A DNA stretch of 64,000 bases, from positions 17,177 through 81,176 of the forward strand of contig CACCFV010000002.1 of the NCBI GenBank assembly GCA_902544985.1, in the 5' to 3' direction. The translations under genes and the position numbers were made by a program. A model generated the notes under the pieces. That model saw nothing but the letters and a program-made list of their open reading frames with translations. It did not search any database and had not been told where the DNA came from. This document shows, one piece after another, positions 1 to 11,058 of this stretch; the stretch's first letter is position 1; each line of letters begins with the position of its first letter. Source of the stretch: an uncultured Pelagibacteraceae bacterium (lineage in GTDB: Bacteria; Pseudomonadota; Alphaproteobacteria; Pelagibacterales; Pelagibacteraceae).

Positions 1-222
1 CCAGAAAGACTTGTAGAGATAAGAAAAAACAGAATGAACTCTCTTAAAGAAAATACAAATAAATTATACACTGATTTAGAGCAGATAAAAAAGGAAGTAG
101 ACATGGCAAGAAATACTTTCAAAAAATATAAATGGCCATCAATTGATGTAACAAGGAAATCTGTAGAGGAAACAGCTGCCTCAGTAATTAAAATATACGA
201 AATTTTTAAAGGAAATGCCTAA
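1..222 (+). CDS. ppsR: PEP synthase/PPDK regulatory kinase-pyrophosphorylase (DUF299), 3' part; gene starts before the window
   Basis: C-terminal WPSIDVTRKSVEETAA motif typical of the DUF299 family; frame is open from base 1; usual position upstream of maf-aroE-coaE-dnaQ. Confidence 0.85.
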   Translation, partial: PERLVEIRKNRMNSLKENTNKLYTDLEQIKKEVDMARNTFKKYKWPSIDVTRKSVEETAASVIKIYEIFKGNA

Positions 223-799
223 AATTATTCTAGCTTCTAAAAGCAAGGTTAGAAAAAAGATATTGGATGAAAATAATATTTTAAATGAGGTAAAACCATC
301 AAATGTCGATGAAGATATTGTGAAATTAAGTTTACTTAAAGAAAAAGCTCCACCAGAAATCATATCAAAAAATTTAGCTGAATTAAAAGCCAACAAAGTA
401 AGCAACAAGCATGTTAATGATTTGGTTTTGGGTGCTGACAGTGTTATTGATTTAGAAGGAGAACTCATATCAAAACCCAACGATAGAAGTGAAGCCTTAG
501 AAATTTTAAAAAAACTTAATGGTAAAAAGCATCATTTGATAAGTTCAGTATGTATCTCTAAAAACGGATCTATGATATGGAACCATACTGATAAAGCATT
601 ACTGACAATGAAAAAAATGACAGAGGAAGAATTAAAAAAATATCTAGTGAAAATTTCAGATGAGGATTTATATGCTTATAATGTTTATCAAATAGAAGGC
701 GAGGGAAGAGATTTATTCTCAAGTATCGATGGAAACGAAAATACAATTATGGGACTCCCAATTGAAAAAATTAAAAAATATTTAGATAATTATAAATGA
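215..799 (+). CDS. maf: Maf family nucleoside triphosphate pyrophosphatase
   Basis: IILASKSKVRKKIL, VLGADSV, SKP and IMGLP motifs; conserved synteny. Confidence 0.93.
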   Translation: MPKIILASKSKVRKKILDENNILNEVKPSNVDEDIVKLSLLKEKAPPEIISKNLAELKANKVSNKHVNDLVLGADSVIDLEGELISKPNDRSEALEILKKLNGKKHHLISSVCISKNGSMIWNHTDKALLTMKKMTEEELKKYLVKISDEDLYAYNVYQIEGEGRDLFSSIDGNENTIMGLPIEKIKKYLDNYK

Positions 800-1590
800 A
801 AAAATATCTTGTAATTGGAAATCCTATCGAACATTCACTTTCACCTAAACTACACAACTATTGGTTTGAAAAAAATAATATTGATGCAAATTATGATAGA
901 AGAAAAATAGACAAAAGCGAAATCCAGGATATTATTAATGAAATTAAAGATAACAAATTAGATGGAATAAATGTTACCGTTCCTTTTAAAAGTGATGTTA
1001 TTCCTTTTTTGGATACACTAAGCGAAGAGTCTAAAATCACGCAGTCTGTAAATACTATATATATCCATGATAAAAAACTCATAGGTCACAACACTGACAT
1101 AAAAGGTTTTGAATTGAGCCTAAAGGAAACCCAATTTAATTTAGAAAAAAAAACAATACTTATATTAGGAGGTGGTGGTGTAGTACCTTCTATAATATAT
1201 GCTTTAGAAAAATTAGGTGTTTCTAAAATTATAGTAAGTAATAGGACTAAGCAAAAAACTGAAAAATTAAAAAAAAATTTTTCAAACATCGGCATAGCTG
1301 ACTGGGGAGATATACCTGAATTTGATATGATTATTAACGCTACTAGTCTAGGTTTAAACAAAGAAGATAATATTAATTTGAACTTTAAAAATATAAATAA
1401 AAAAAAACTATTTTATGATGTTATTTACAATCCAAAAGAAACGAATTTTTTAAGAACTGGTAAAAATTTAGGCTGTCAGGTTTCTAATGGTAAAATGATG
1501 TTTATTTATCAGGCTTTTGAGGCGTTTAAATTATGGCATAAGGTTAAACCAGAAATTAATGATGAACTGAAAAAATTTTTAGATGTATGA
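796..1590 (+). CDS. aroE: Shikimate dehydrogenase
   Basis: IGNPIEHSLSPKLHN, GINVTVPFK, GHNTD, INATSLG, YDVIYNP. Confidence 0.96.
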   Translation: MKKYLVIGNPIEHSLSPKLHNYWFEKNNIDANYDRRKIDKSEIQDIINEIKDNKLDGINVTVPFKSDVIPFLDTLSEESKITQSVNTIYIHDKKLIGHNTDIKGFELSLKETQFNLEKKTILILGGGGVVPSIIYALEKLGVSKIIVSNRTKQKTEKLKKNFSNIGIADWGDIPEFDMIINATSLGLNKEDNINLNFKNINKKKLFYDVIYNPKETNFLRTGKNLGCQVSNGKMMFIYQAFEAFKLWHKVKPEINDELKKFLDV

Positions 1591-2156
1591 AAAGAATAGG
1601 TATTTTAGGAGATATAGGATCTGGTAAATCTTACATAGCTAAATGTTTTGGTTTTCCTGTATTTAATGCTGATTTAGAAGTTGCAAAAATTTATAAACAT
1701 AACAGAAAAATTTTTCAAAAATTAAAAAAAGAACTTCCAAATTATTTTAATTCTTTTCCTGTAAAAAAAAAAGAAATTATTGATGCAATTTTATCTAATA
1801 AAAAAAATTTAAAAAAGATTATTAAAATTGTTCATTATGAAGTTAGAAAAAAAATGAATGACTTTTTAAGAAAAAACAAACATAAGAAATTTGTTGTATT
1901 AGATGTCCCTCTTCTATTGGAGAACAAGATCAATAAAAAAAGAGATATATTAATTTTTGTTGAGTCTAAGAAATCTGAAATTTTAAGAAGACTAAAAAAA
2001 CGAAAAAATTTTAATATGAAAATACTTAATAATTTTAGAAAGATGCAACTTTCACTTGTTTTAAAAAAGAAAAAATCTCAATTTATAATTAAGAACAATT
2101 TTAAAAAAAAATCTGTTAAAGTTAAAATAAAGGAAGTTATTAAAAATTTAGTATGA
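1587..2156 (+). CDS. coaE: Dephospho-CoA kinase
   Basis: P-loop GDIGSGKS, FNAD, LDVPLLLE; lies between aroE and dnaQ. Confidence 0.92.
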   Translation: MKRIGILGDIGSGKSYIAKCFGFPVFNADLEVAKIYKHNRKIFQKLKKELPNYFNSFPVKKKEIIDAILSNKKNLKKIIKIVHYEVRKKMNDFLRKNKHKKFVVLDVPLLLENKINKKRDILIFVESKKSEILRRLKKRKNFNMKILNNFRKMQLSLVLKKKKSQFIIKNNFKKKSVKVKIKEVIKNLV

Positions 2157-2815
2157 AAGAAATTGTTTTAGACACAGAAACGACTGGTATTTCAGTCAAA
2201 GAGGGGCATAGAATTGTAGAAATTGGGTGTATTGAATTAGATAACTTAATACCGACAAAAAAAAATTTTCATTGTTATTTAAATCCTGAAAGAAAAGTAT
2301 CTGACAAAGCTTTCGAAGTGCATGGATACTCAGATAGTTTTTTGTCAGATAAAATGAAATTTAGAGAAATAGCTGATGATTTTCTAAAATTTATAAAAAA
2401 TAAAAGATTAATAATTCATAATGCAGAATTTGATTTATCTCATTTGAATAATGAATTAAAAATCATCGGAAAAAACAAAATTGATAATGAGGTAGTAGAC
2501 ACGTTATCATTAGCTAGAAACAAATTCCCAGGCTCCCAAATAAGTTTGGATGCCTTATGTAAGAGATATAGGATAGATAATTCTAAAAGGGTCCAACATA
2601 CTGCGCTTATTGATTGCGATTTACTATCAAAAGTTTATGTAAATTTGATAGATCAAAAAGAACCAACCTTAGATTTTAAAAATAAGGAGGAAGATGATTC
2701 AAAATTAAATAGTGGAAAAGTTGTTTATTCTACAAAAGTAATCAAACCATCTCCTGAGGAGCTTAAAAATCACCAGATCTATTTAAAGGCTTTTCTTAAA
2801 AAAAACTTTTATTAA
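2153..2815 (+). CDS. dnaQ: DNA polymerase III epsilon subunit
   Basis: ExoI LDTETTG, IHNAEFD, SLDALC, HTALID. Confidence 0.96.
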   Translation: MKEIVLDTETTGISVKEGHRIVEIGCIELDNLIPTKKNFHCYLNPERKVSDKAFEVHGYSDSFLSDKMKFREIADDFLKFIKNKRLIIHNAEFDLSHLNNELKIIGKNKIDNEVVDTLSLARNKFPGSQISLDALCKRYRIDNSKRVQHTALIDCDLLSKVYVNLIDQKEPTLDFKNKEEDDSKLNSGKVVYSTKVIKPSPEELKNHQIYLKAFLKKNFY

Positions 2816-3234
2816 TTAAATCTTTCTAAATAAAGCTTTGTAAAATCAATTTTTTTCTCTAATTTAATATTAGGATATCCAGAATTATGCATCATATTTA
2901 AAAATGATTTTTCTAAATCTGGATAAACTGAATTAGGCACATCACATAGAACAATTTTTTCTAGATCTTTTTTTTCTTTTATGGACTCATCAATTTTTAC
3001 AGCTACTGCGTATACAATCTCAAAATAAGATTTTTTGACCTGGGAGTCTTTGTGTTGAAATTTTAATGTTATATTTACCTCGATCATTTTATTTTTAAGG
3101 GCTATTGATTTAATATCAATATCTAATTGATATTTACCCATATTATTTCCGGCAGATATGTAAGTTTCAACATCAGGTGTTTCACTAGACATATCTTTTA
3201 TGTATTTTGCTAAAATTTTAAATTTTTCTGTCAT
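2812..3234 (-). CDS. secB: Protein-export chaperone SecB
   Basis: KYIKDMSSETP, GYP...IDFTKLY; dnaQ/secB/fxsA synteny; second Met chosen as start. Confidence 0.85.
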   Translation of the reverse strand: MTEKFKILAKYIKDMSSETPDVETYISAGNNMGKYQLDIDIKSIALKNKMIEVNITLKFQHKDSQVKKSYFEIVYAVAVKIDESIKEKKDLEKIVLCDVPNSVYPDLEKSFLNMMHNSGYPNIKLEKKIDFTKLYLERFN

Positions 3235-3643
3235 TATCATCTTCTATATCTTCAAACTCTCCATCAATAACATCACTCTTTTTCATCTCTTTATTTTCAA
3301 ACTTTTTGTTAAATTTTCCTAATATTAACTTTCGTGTTATTGGGACAATTAAGAGGAAACCAATCAAGTCAGTTGCAAATCCTGGTATGATTAACAGAAC
3401 AGCCGCAAATGCTATCGCAGCACCAGAAATTAATTCATGGGCTGGAATTTGATTTTTAATTATTTGCATCATTCCAGACCTTAGAGTGTTAATTCCTTCG
3501 TATCTGGCATAGTACACTCCCACAACCGCAGTAAAAAATACCAGAAATATCGTGCTAAACGCACCTATTTGAGACCCGATCTTTATAAAAAGGTAAATCT
3601 CTACAATTGGGATTAAAATAACAGCTAAAAGTACTGTGTTCAT
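3218..3643 (-). CDS. fxsA: FxsA family membrane protein
   Basis: IPIVEIYLFIKIG, LLIIPGFATD, C-terminal VIDGEF. Confidence 0.93.
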   Translation of the reverse strand: MNTVLLAVILIPIVEIYLFIKIGSQIGAFSTIFLVFFTAVVGVYYARYEGINTLRSGMMQIIKNQIPAHELISGAAIAFAAVLLIIPGFATDLIGFLLIVPITRKLILGKFNKKFENKEMKKSDVIDGEFEDIEDDNDRKI

Positions 3644-3700
3644 TTGTCTTTAATGTAATTGTTAGTTGAAATTAATCAACATAGTAATTAAATTTAGTTT

Positions 3701-4297
3701 ATGAATTATAGTTTTGAGTACATCGATATTATTTTATTGGCAATGATTGCTGGCTTCATTTTTTTAAGACTTAGAGGAATTTTAGGAAAAAGAACAGGTT
3801 TTGAGGGAAAAGCCTCACCCCAGTTTGAGGAAATGTTGAAAAATATAAATCCTGAAACAAAAATAAATAAAAAAACTGATTTTGACGAAAATGCAAAAAA
3901 AGACTTTTTAAAAGGTGCTAAAATAGCATACGAAACTATTATTACAGACTTCGGTGATAGTGACAATAAATTGACTACAAGCAAGCCTTTATTAAGCAAT
4001 AAAATTTACGATCAGTTTAACACTGCATTAAAAGAAAGGGGTAAAAGAGGTCATCTTGCTGAAATTACTTTTATTGGAGTAAATTCAGCTAATATAAAAG
4101 AGCACAAGTATTTAGGAAAAATTTTACAGGTAACTGTAGAATTTGTAGGTGAAGTAATCACTTGTATTAGGGATAAAGATAAAAAGATAGTTTCTGGAGA
4201 CCCCGAAAAGATTAAGAAGATTTATGATACCTGGGTATTTTCAAGAGATACAAGTACTAATAATCCAAATTGGCAGTTAGTAGAAACTCTTTCCTAA
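3701..4297 (+). CDS. Tim44/TimA-like inner membrane protein
   Basis: N-terminal TM then RLRGILGKRTG, FLKGAKIAYE, DTWVFSRD...NPNWQL. Confidence 0.88.
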   Translation: MNYSFEYIDIILLAMIAGFIFLRLRGILGKRTGFEGKASPQFEEMLKNINPETKINKKTDFDENAKKDFLKGAKIAYETIITDFGDSDNKLTTSKPLLSNKIYDQFNTALKERGKRGHLAEITFIGVNSANIKEHKYLGKILQVTVEFVGEVITCIRDKDKKIVSGDPEKIKKIYDTWVFSRDTSTNNPNWQLVETLS

Positions 4298-4711
4298 TTG
4301 AACAATAATATTTCAAATAAAGACAAAAAAGATTGGAAAGACTTTCTAGAAAAGAAAGAAAGATTACCAAATAAAGATTTAGAAAAAAAAGAGAATAAAT
4401 TTCATATTACTAAATCATTGGATCTTCATGGTTATACTCTTGACGAAGCAAACAAAAAAGTTGAAAATTTTATAACTGATTGTTTTGATCAAAAGGTCTC
4501 TAAAGTTATAATAGTTACCGGTAAAGGACTACATTCTCAAAATGATAAAGACCCATATATTTCAAAGAAATTTGGTATTTTAAAAAATTCTGTTCCTGAT
4601 TTTATCAAAAATAATTCTAGCTTAATGAAAAAAATAAAAACTATAACTGATGCCAAAATTGAAGATGGTGGCAGTGGGGCTTTTTATATTTTTTTAAAAA
4701 AGAAATTATAA
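4298..4711 (+). CDS. Smr/MutS2 C-terminal domain protein
   Basis: [22 protein letters not shown]; TTG start. Confidence 0.9.
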   Translation: MNNNISNKDKKDWKDFLEKKERLPNKDLEKKENKFHITKSLDLHGYTLDEANKKVENFITDCFDQKVSKVIIVTGKGLHSQNDKDPYISKKFGILKNSVPDFIKNNSSLMKKIKTITDAKIEDGGSGAFYIFLKKKL

Positions 4712-6079
4712 AATAAATTTTGATAGATCTGTATCTTTGACAAGATTATCAAGATTTTTGTTTATATATTCTTTATTTATTGAGATTTTTTCACCAGATC
4801 TGTCAGTTGCAGTGAAACTAATTTCATCAAGGATTTTCTCTATTATTGTGTGTAATCTTCTAGCACCTATATTCTCAACAGTTGCATTTACCTCTGAAGC
4901 AATATTAGCGATTGCATCAATTCCATCTTCAGTAAACTCAAGCTCAACATTCTCAGTCTTTAACAAAGCCACATACTGTTTAATTAAACTAAAATCAGGT
5001 TCTTTAAGAATTCTTTTAAAATCCTCACTTGATAAAGCCTCTAGCTCAACTCTGATTGGTAGTCTACCTTGTAACTCGGGAAGTAAATCAGAAGGTTTAG
5101 CTAATTGAAAAGCACCAGATGCAATAAATAATATATGGTCAGTTTTTATAGGTCCATATTTTGTATTAACTGTTGTTCCCTCAATTAAAGGTAATAAATC
5201 TCTCTGCACACCTTCTCTAGATACATCTCCACCAACCCTGTCTGTTCTTCCAGAAATTTTGTCTATTTCATCTAAGAAAACTATTCCATTATTTTCAGTA
5301 GAGATCTTTGCAGCTTTAATTATTTTATCTTGTTCAATTAATTTATCAGATTCGTCATTTATCAAAATTTCGTGAGATTCTTTTACTGTCATTTTTTTCT
5401 TTTTTTCCTGTTTTCCCATAGACTTTCCAAGCATCTCTCCAATATTGATCATTCCTACATTAGCGCCTGGCATTCCAGGAATTTCAAACGATGTACTGTT
5501 ACCACCACTTTCACTAACAGCTATTTCTATCTCGTTATTATCTAGATCACCATCTCTAAGTCTTTTTCTAAAGCTTTCTCTTGTAGCCGCACTTGCTTTT
5601 TTACCAACTAAAGCATCTAATACTTTTTCTTCAGCTAGCTTCTGTGCTTTTGCGTAGACCTCTTTTCTTTTTTTAACTTTTTCCATTGAAATTGCTATTT
5701 CAATTAGATCTCTGACAATTTGTTCTACATCTCTTCCAACATAACCAACTTCAGTAAATCTAGTTGCTTCAACTTTTACAAAAGGAGCTTCTGCTAATTT
5801 AGATAGTCTTCTTGAAATTTCTGTTTTTCCAACACCTGTTGGTCCAATCATTAAAATATTTTTTGGTAAAACTTCATTTCTCATTTCACCTTTTAAAGCT
5901 TGTCTTCTCCATCTGTTTCGTAAAGCAACAGCAACTGCTCTTTTAGCTTTATTTTGACCGACAACAAACCTGTCTAATTCAGAGACAATTTCTCTTGGTG
6001 ACAAAGAGCTTACTAATGAAGCCTCTTCTTTTTGCTGATCACCTCTAGGATGCAATTGAGTTACGTTTGATTTATCCAT
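4706..6079 (-). CDS. hslU: ATP-dependent protease ATPase subunit HslU
   Basis: [42 protein letters not shown]. Confidence 0.98.
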   Translation of the reverse strand: MDKSNVTQLHPRGDQQKEEASLVSSLSPREIVSELDRFVVGQNKAKRAVAVALRNRWRRQALKGEMRNEVLPKNILMIGPTGVGKTEISRRLSKLAEAPFVKVEATRFTEVGYVGRDVEQIVRDLIEIAISMEKVKKRKEVYAKAQKLAEEKVLDALVGKKASAATRESFRKRLRDGDLDNNEIEIAVSESGGNSTSFEIPGMPGANVGMINIGEMLGKSMGKQEKKKKMTVKESHEILINDESDKLIEQDKIIKAAKISTENNGIVFLDEIDKISGRTDRVGGDVSREGVQRDLLPLIEGTTVNTKYGPIKTDHILFIASGAFQLAKPSDLLPELQGRLPIRVELEALSSEDFKRILKEPDFSLIKQYVALLKTENVELEFTEDGIDAIANIASEVNATVENIGARRLHTIIEKILDEISFTATDRSGEKISINKEYINKNLDNLVKDTDLSKFIL

Positions 6080-6594
6080 TAAATTTTTTCAACTTTGACA
6101 TTTTCATTTGTAAATACGCAGATATCAGCTGCAACTTTTATAGCTTTTTTTGCGACTTCTTCTGCTGAAATATTACTTTCTATTAAGACTTTTCCTGCAG
6201 CTAAAGCATAATTACCACCAGAGCCAATACCAATAACGTCTCCTTCAGGTTCTAGAACGTCACCAGTCCCTGAAATTATATAACTATTGTTCTTGTCACC
6301 GACTGCCATTAGCGCTTCTAATCTTCTTAGATATTTATCTGTTCTCCAATCTTTAGCTAACTCCACAGCAGCTCTAGATAAGTTGCCAGCATGTTTTTCT
6401 AATTTTCCCTCTAATCTTTCAAATAAAGTTAATGCATCAGCTGTTGATCCAGCAAAACCAGCTACGACATCTCTCTTTTCAATTTTTCTTACTTTTGAGG
6501 CAGTGCTTTTTACAACAGTATTGCCCATACTTACTTGGCCGTCACCAGCTACTACCACTTCGTTGTTTTTTCTAACTAACACAATCGTTGTCAT
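6079..6594 (-). CDS. hslV: ATP-dependent protease peptidase subunit HslV
   Basis: N-terminal TTI nucleophile, [23 protein letters not shown]. Confidence 0.98.
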   Translation of the reverse strand: MTTIVLVRKNNEVVVAGDGQVSMGNTVVKSTASKVRKIEKRDVVAGFAGSTADALTLFERLEGKLEKHAGNLSRAAVELAKDWRTDKYLRRLEALMAVGDKNNSYIISGTGDVLEPEGDVIGIGSGGNYALAAGKVLIESNISAEEVAKKAIKVAADICVFTNENVKVEKI

Positions 6595-6600
6595 AGCTTA

Positions 6601-6629
6601 TAAATGGATACTAAATCTGATACTTCAAG
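6601..6629 (-). promoter_or_regulatory. Putative sigma32 (RpoH) promoter of hslVU
   Basis: Minus strand CTTGAA-N16-CCATTTA ending 6 nt before the hslV ATG; hslVU is a classic RpoH target. Confidence 0.6.
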
Positions 6630-6685
6630 CCCAGGTTTAGTATTATTGCCATAATTGAATAATATATGTATACCTGTTTTTAATT

Positions 6686-7276
6686 ATGAACCGTAAAGGC
6701 AAAATAAGCAGGAAAACAAAAGAAACAAGCATTAGCGTTGATTTAAATATTGACGGTAAAGGTAAATACAAAATTGACACAGGAATAGGTTTTTTAAACC
6801 ACATGCTTGAACAACTATCTAAACATTCCTCAATAGACATGAGTATAAAAGCTAAAGGAGATACTCATATTGATCTTCACCACACAACTGAAGATACAGG
6901 AATTGCTATTGGTGAAGCTTTAAAAAAAGCTTTGAAAAAATCTGTTGGAATCAGAAGGTATGCTCATGCGATGATCCCAATGGATGAAACTCTATCACGT
7001 GTTGCAATTGATATTTCAAATAGACCTTATTTAATTTGGAAAGTTAATTTAAAGGTAGAAAAACTTGGCGAGATGGATACAGAACTTTTTAAAGAATGGT
7101 TTCAAGCATTTTCCCAAGCTGCTGGAATTACTCTACATGTTGAAAATATTTATGGTGATAATAGTCACCACATTATCGAGTCTTGCTACAAAGGATTAGC
7201 AAGGTCTCTAAGAACTGCATTAGAAATAGATCCACGGAATAAAAAAACTATTCCTTCTACAAAAGGTTCTTTATAA
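6686..7276 (+). CDS. hisB: Imidazoleglycerol-phosphate dehydratase
   Basis: [27 protein letters not shown]. Confidence 0.97.
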   Translation: MNRKGKISRKTKETSISVDLNIDGKGKYKIDTGIGFLNHMLEQLSKHSSIDMSIKAKGDTHIDLHHTTEDTGIAIGEALKKALKKSVGIRRYAHAMIPMDETLSRVAIDISNRPYLIWKVNLKVEKLGEMDTELFKEWFQAFSQAAGITLHVENIYGDNSHHIIESCYKGLARSLRTALEIDPRNKKTIPSTKGSL

Positions 7277-7281
7277 GTTTA

Positions 7282-7908
7282 ATGAACGTCACAATTGTTG
7301 ATTATAAATCGGGCAATATAAGCTCGGTAATAAACTCTTTTAAAGAAGTTGCAAAAGATAAAGTAACTATCGAGGTTACCTCAGATTTGAATAAGATAAA
7401 ATCAAGTGACAAAGTAGTTTTACCTGGGCAGGGCTCATTTAAAAGTTGTGTAGATTCCTTGAATAAAATTAAAGGTCTCAGAGATACTTTAAATGAATTT
7501 GCATTAACTAATAAAAAACCTCTACTTGGAATTTGTGTTGGTTTACAGATGTTTGCAAATGTTGGTTATGAAGAAACTGAAACTAAAGGCTTAGGATGGA
7601 TTTCAGGAAAAGTTTCAAAAATAGATAATCAAAATGGAAAATTTAAACTTCCTCATATCGGTTGGAATCAAATCAATATTGTCAAAGATAGTAAAATTTT
7701 TAAAGATATAGAAAATAATTCTCATATGTATTTTGTTCATAGTTATGAATTTGTACCAAATGATAAAAAAGTGATTTCAGCTACAACAGATTATTCATCA
7801 AATATTGTTTGTTCTGTTGAAAAAGAAAATATCTTTGGAACCCAATTTCATCCAGAGAAGAGTGATAGGATTGGGCTAAAAATGATTGATAATTTTATAA
7901 ATTTGTAA
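7282..7908 (+). CDS. hisH: Imidazole glycerol phosphate synthase glutaminase subunit
   Basis: LPGQG, GICVGLQ, PHIGWN, YFVHSY, QFHPEKS. Confidence 0.97.
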   Translation: MNVTIVDYKSGNISSVINSFKEVAKDKVTIEVTSDLNKIKSSDKVVLPGQGSFKSCVDSLNKIKGLRDTLNEFALTNKKPLLGICVGLQMFANVGYEETETKGLGWISGKVSKIDNQNGKFKLPHIGWNQINIVKDSKIFKDIENNSHMYFVHSYEFVPNDKKVISATTDYSSNIVCSVEKENIFGTQFHPEKSDRIGLKMIDNFINL

Positions 7909-7909
7909 A

Positions 7910-8626
7910 ATGAAAATATTTCCTGCAATAGATATTAAAGATAAAAAGTGTGTAAGATTAGTTAAAGGAAATTTCGATAAAAAGACCGAGTATGAATTGT
8001 CTCCAATTGATCAAGCAGGAAAATTTAAAGATTATGGATTTAAAAATTTACACATAGTTGATTTAGATGGTGCTTTAACTGGCGAAACAGTTAATTTAGA
8101 TATTATTAAGGATATAGTTGGTAAATTTAATTTTAAAGTTGAAGTAGGTGGTGGTATTAGAAATTCTGATAGTATTCAAAAATACATTGATGCTGGTGTT
8201 GATAAAGTAATTCTGGGAAGTGCTGCTATTAAAGACAAAAATTTCTTAAAAGAATCATGTGAAAAATTTCAAAATCATATTGCTCTAGGCTTAGATGCTA
8301 AAAACGGGTATTTGTCTGTATCTGGATGGAAAGAAAGCTCTAATAAATTAACTTTAGATTATTTAAAAGAAATTAACGACTATGGTGTTAGTAGATTAAT
8401 TTATACAGATATTAATAGAGACGGTATGAAACAAAGCCCAAATTTTAATGAAACTAAGAAAGTTGCTGAGATGTCAAAGTGCCCCGTAATTATATCAGGT
8501 GGTGTTTCATCAATAGATGATATTAAAAAAGCAAAGAATTTAGAAAATGTTGAGGGTATAATAGTTGGTAAAGCTATTTATGATGGTGATATACAATTAG
8601 TAGAATTAGTAAAAGAAGATGCTTAA
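7910..8626 (+). CDS. hisA: ProFAR isomerase
   Basis: [36 protein letters not shown]. Confidence 0.97.
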   Translation: MKIFPAIDIKDKKCVRLVKGNFDKKTEYELSPIDQAGKFKDYGFKNLHIVDLDGALTGETVNLDIIKDIVGKFNFKVEVGGGIRNSDSIQKYIDAGVDKVILGSAAIKDKNFLKESCEKFQNHIALGLDAKNGYLSVSGWKESSNKLTLDYLKEINDYGVSRLIYTDINRDGMKQSPNFNETKKVAEMSKCPVIISGGVSSIDDIKKAKNLENVEGIIVGKAIYDGDIQLVELVKEDA

Positions 8627-9374
8627 AAATAGAATAATACCTTGTTTAGATGTAAAAAATGGTCGTGTTGTTAAGGGTATTAACTTTGTTGATCTAAAAG
8701 ATGCGGGCGATCCTGTAGAGCAAGCTAAAATTTATAGCGATGGTGGAGCAGACGAAATTTGCTTTTTAGATATTACTGCCTCAAATGAAAATAGAGATAC
8801 TATTTATGATGTTGTGGAGAAAACTTCAAAAAAATGTTTTGTGCCCCTAACCGTAGGAGGTGGTGTTAGAACTGTTGAAGATATTAACAAATTACTTAAT
8901 TGTGGGGCTGATAAAGTTTCCATTAACACTGCGGCAGTTGAAAATTCAAAAGTAGTTGTAGATAGTTCAAAAAAATTTGGGTCTCAATGTATTGTAGTTG
9001 CAATTGATGCTAAAAAAAATGGAGATAAGTGGGAAGTGTTTACTCACGGAGGAAGAAATAATAGTGGCATTGATGCATTGGAGTATGCTGAACAAATGGA
9101 AAAAAATGGTGCAGGGGAATTATTAGTAACTTCTATGGACAGAGATGGAACTCAAGTAGGTTATGATATTGATCTCATGTCAAAAATTTCATCTAAAGTA
9201 AATATTCCAGTTATCGCATCTGGTGGCGTGGGTAATTTAGATCACTTAGTGGATGGAATTAAATTAGGAAAAGCTAATGCGGTTTTGGCAGCTTCTATAT
9301 TTCATTATGGAAAACACTCGGTAAAAGAAGCCAAGGATTATTTGGACTCAAAAGGAATACCTGTTAGAATTTAA
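8619..9374 (+). CDS. hisF: Imidazole glycerol phosphate synthase cyclase subunit
   Basis: [36 protein letters not shown]. Confidence 0.98.
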   Translation: MLKNRIIPCLDVKNGRVVKGINFVDLKDAGDPVEQAKIYSDGGADEICFLDITASNENRDTIYDVVEKTSKKCFVPLTVGGGVRTVEDINKLLNCGADKVSINTAAVENSKVVVDSSKKFGSQCIVVAIDAKKNGDKWEVFTHGGRNNSGIDALEYAEQMEKNGAGELLVTSMDRDGTQVGYDIDLMSKISSKVNIPVIASGGVGNLDHLVDGIKLGKANAVLAASIFHYGKHSVKEAKDYLDSKGIPVRI

Positions 9375-9375
9375 T

Positions 9376-9648
9376 ATGCTCAATACTTTAGAAAGCTTAT
9401 TTAATCTTGCAAGAGAACGGAAAAAAACCCCAGTAGATGGTTCTTACACTAATAAATTACTTAGTGATAAATCTTTGAGCAAAGAAAAGATTTTAGAAGA
9501 AATTAATGAACTTATTGAGGCAGTAGAAAAAAATTCAAATAAAATTCATGAAGCAGCTGATGTTTTCTATCATTTAATAATGTATCTAGAGGCAAATGAT
9601 GTGAAAATTGAAGATGTAATGGAAGAACTAAACAAAAGAAAAAAATGA
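9376..9648 (+). CDS. hisE: Phosphoribosyl-ATP pyrophosphatase
   Basis: SYTNKL, KILEE, EAADVFYHL; directly after hisF. Confidence 0.93.
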   Translation: MLNTLESLFNLARERKKTPVDGSYTNKLLSDKSLSKEKILEEINELIEAVEKNSNKIHEAADVFYHLIMYLEANDVKIEDVMEELNKRKK

Positions 9649-10010
9649 GTTACGATGATAATAATATTTTTGCTAAAATCTTAAGGAGAGAAATTCCTTG
9701 TAAAAAGATTTACGAGGATGATTACGTTTTATCGTTTTATGATATTAATCCACAAAAAAAAATTCATGCGCTGGTCATACCCAAAGGAAAATATATTGAC
9801 CTTGATGATTTTAGTCAAAACGCCTCACCGGAGGAAATGGTGGGTTTATTAAAGGGTATTAATCTTGTTGCAAAAAAACTTGGTATATCAGTAGACGGCG
9901 GTAAAGGTTATCGTGCTTTAGCTAATATATCTGAACACGGTGGTCAAGAAGTACCTCACTTACATTTTCATCTTTTTGGAGGTGAAAAAGTTGGAAAGAT
10001 GGTGGAGTGA
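9645..10010 (+). CDS. hinT: Histidine triad (HIT) nucleotide-binding protein
   Basis: NIFAKIL, GQEVPHLHFHL. Confidence 0.92.
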   Translation: MSYDDNNIFAKILRREIPCKKIYEDDYVLSFYDINPQKKIHALVIPKGKYIDLDDFSQNASPEEMVGLLKGINLVAKKLGISVDGGKGYRALANISEHGGQEVPHLHFHLFGGEKVGKMVE

Positions 10011-10510
10011 GTACTAAAGTTGAAAGAAATTATTTAGAAATCAATTCACTTAAAGACTTAAAAAAATCTAAATTTTCTCCAGAAGACTGTTTAATTGATC
10101 TTAGTGATCCAGCGGATTTTCAAATAAATAAGTTTTTTTATAAAAGTATTGGTAAAGAACATCGATGGACGGATCGATTAGTTTGGACAGATAAACAATG
10201 GATCGAATATATTTCTGATCAAAAGGTGAAAACTTATATTCTTAAAAAAGCTAAAGATATGGCTGGATATTTTGAACTTATTTTCCATGAGGAAAAAAAA
10301 GAGACAGAAATTGCTTACCTTGGTTTGCTTAAAGAATATCAGAATAAAAAATTAGGCTCTTTCCTTTTAACATCAGCTATAAAAAATTCTTTTTCTGAAA
10401 ATACTAATAGAGTTTGGGTGCACACTTGTTCTTTAGACCATAAAAATGCATTAAATAATTATATTTCAAGAGGTATGAGAATTTATAAGACAGAGTCAGT
10501 TTCAATTTAA
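10007..10510 (+). CDS. GNAT family N-acetyltransferase
   Basis: EIAYLGL..EYQNKKLG acetyl-CoA motif, RVWVHTCSLDH..ALNNY..RG. Confidence 0.88.
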   Translation: MSTKVERNYLEINSLKDLKKSKFSPEDCLIDLSDPADFQINKFFYKSIGKEHRWTDRLVWTDKQWIEYISDQKVKTYILKKAKDMAGYFELIFHEEKKETEIAYLGLLKEYQNKKLGSFLLTSAIKNSFSENTNRVWVHTCSLDHKNALNNYISRGMRIYKTESVSI

Positions 10511-11058
10511 TTTTGTTGAGGTAAAACAAATAAATTACTATTTAATTTTTGATTTTTTTTAATCGTATCTAAGAAAGTGATACTAAGATTTTGATAAATA
10601 TCTGTAGTTTGCCAACCAATTAAATCAAGAGTGTTATAATCAAAGAAAATATTCACCTCAAAATCTTCTTCAAAAAACTTAAAATTTACAAATTTATTAT
10701 CCATGACTCTTTCATTTAAATTTTTGATCTTATTAACTAAAAATTTTTTATTTAATATTAGATTTAATGGTGTTCGTTCAAGGGGATATAGGTAATAGCT
10801 ATTATTAGTCTTTATAACTATGGATTTTCCATTGGAAACTAAAATTTTTTTATTTTTTAAATTATATTTGCAAAATATTTTTTGTGGGTATGAAAGAGCA
10901 CAATGGCCATTTTCTGTTTTGCCATTAACATTTTGCTCAAAGTTAAATGTCAAGTTATTAGTAGTTTCTAAATTTTGAATAATTTTTTCTTTAATATCTG
11001 CTGACGTTTCAACAATTGAAAATAAAAGAAATAAAAAAATTAATTTATTAATCATCAA
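10507..11058 (-). CDS. lolA: Outer-membrane lipoprotein carrier LolA family protein
   Basis: Signal peptide, FEQ, ILVSNGK, YPLERTPL; downstream of ftsK. Confidence 0.85.
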   Translation of the reverse strand: MMINKLIFLFLLFSIVETSADIKEKIIQNLETTNNLTFNFEQNVNGKTENGHCALSYPQKIFCKYNLKNKKILVSNGKSIVIKTNNSYYLYPLERTPLNLILNKKFLVNKIKNLNERVMDNKFVNFKFFEEDFEVNIFFDYNTLDLIGWQTTDIYQNLSITFLDTIKKNQKLNSNLFVLPQQN

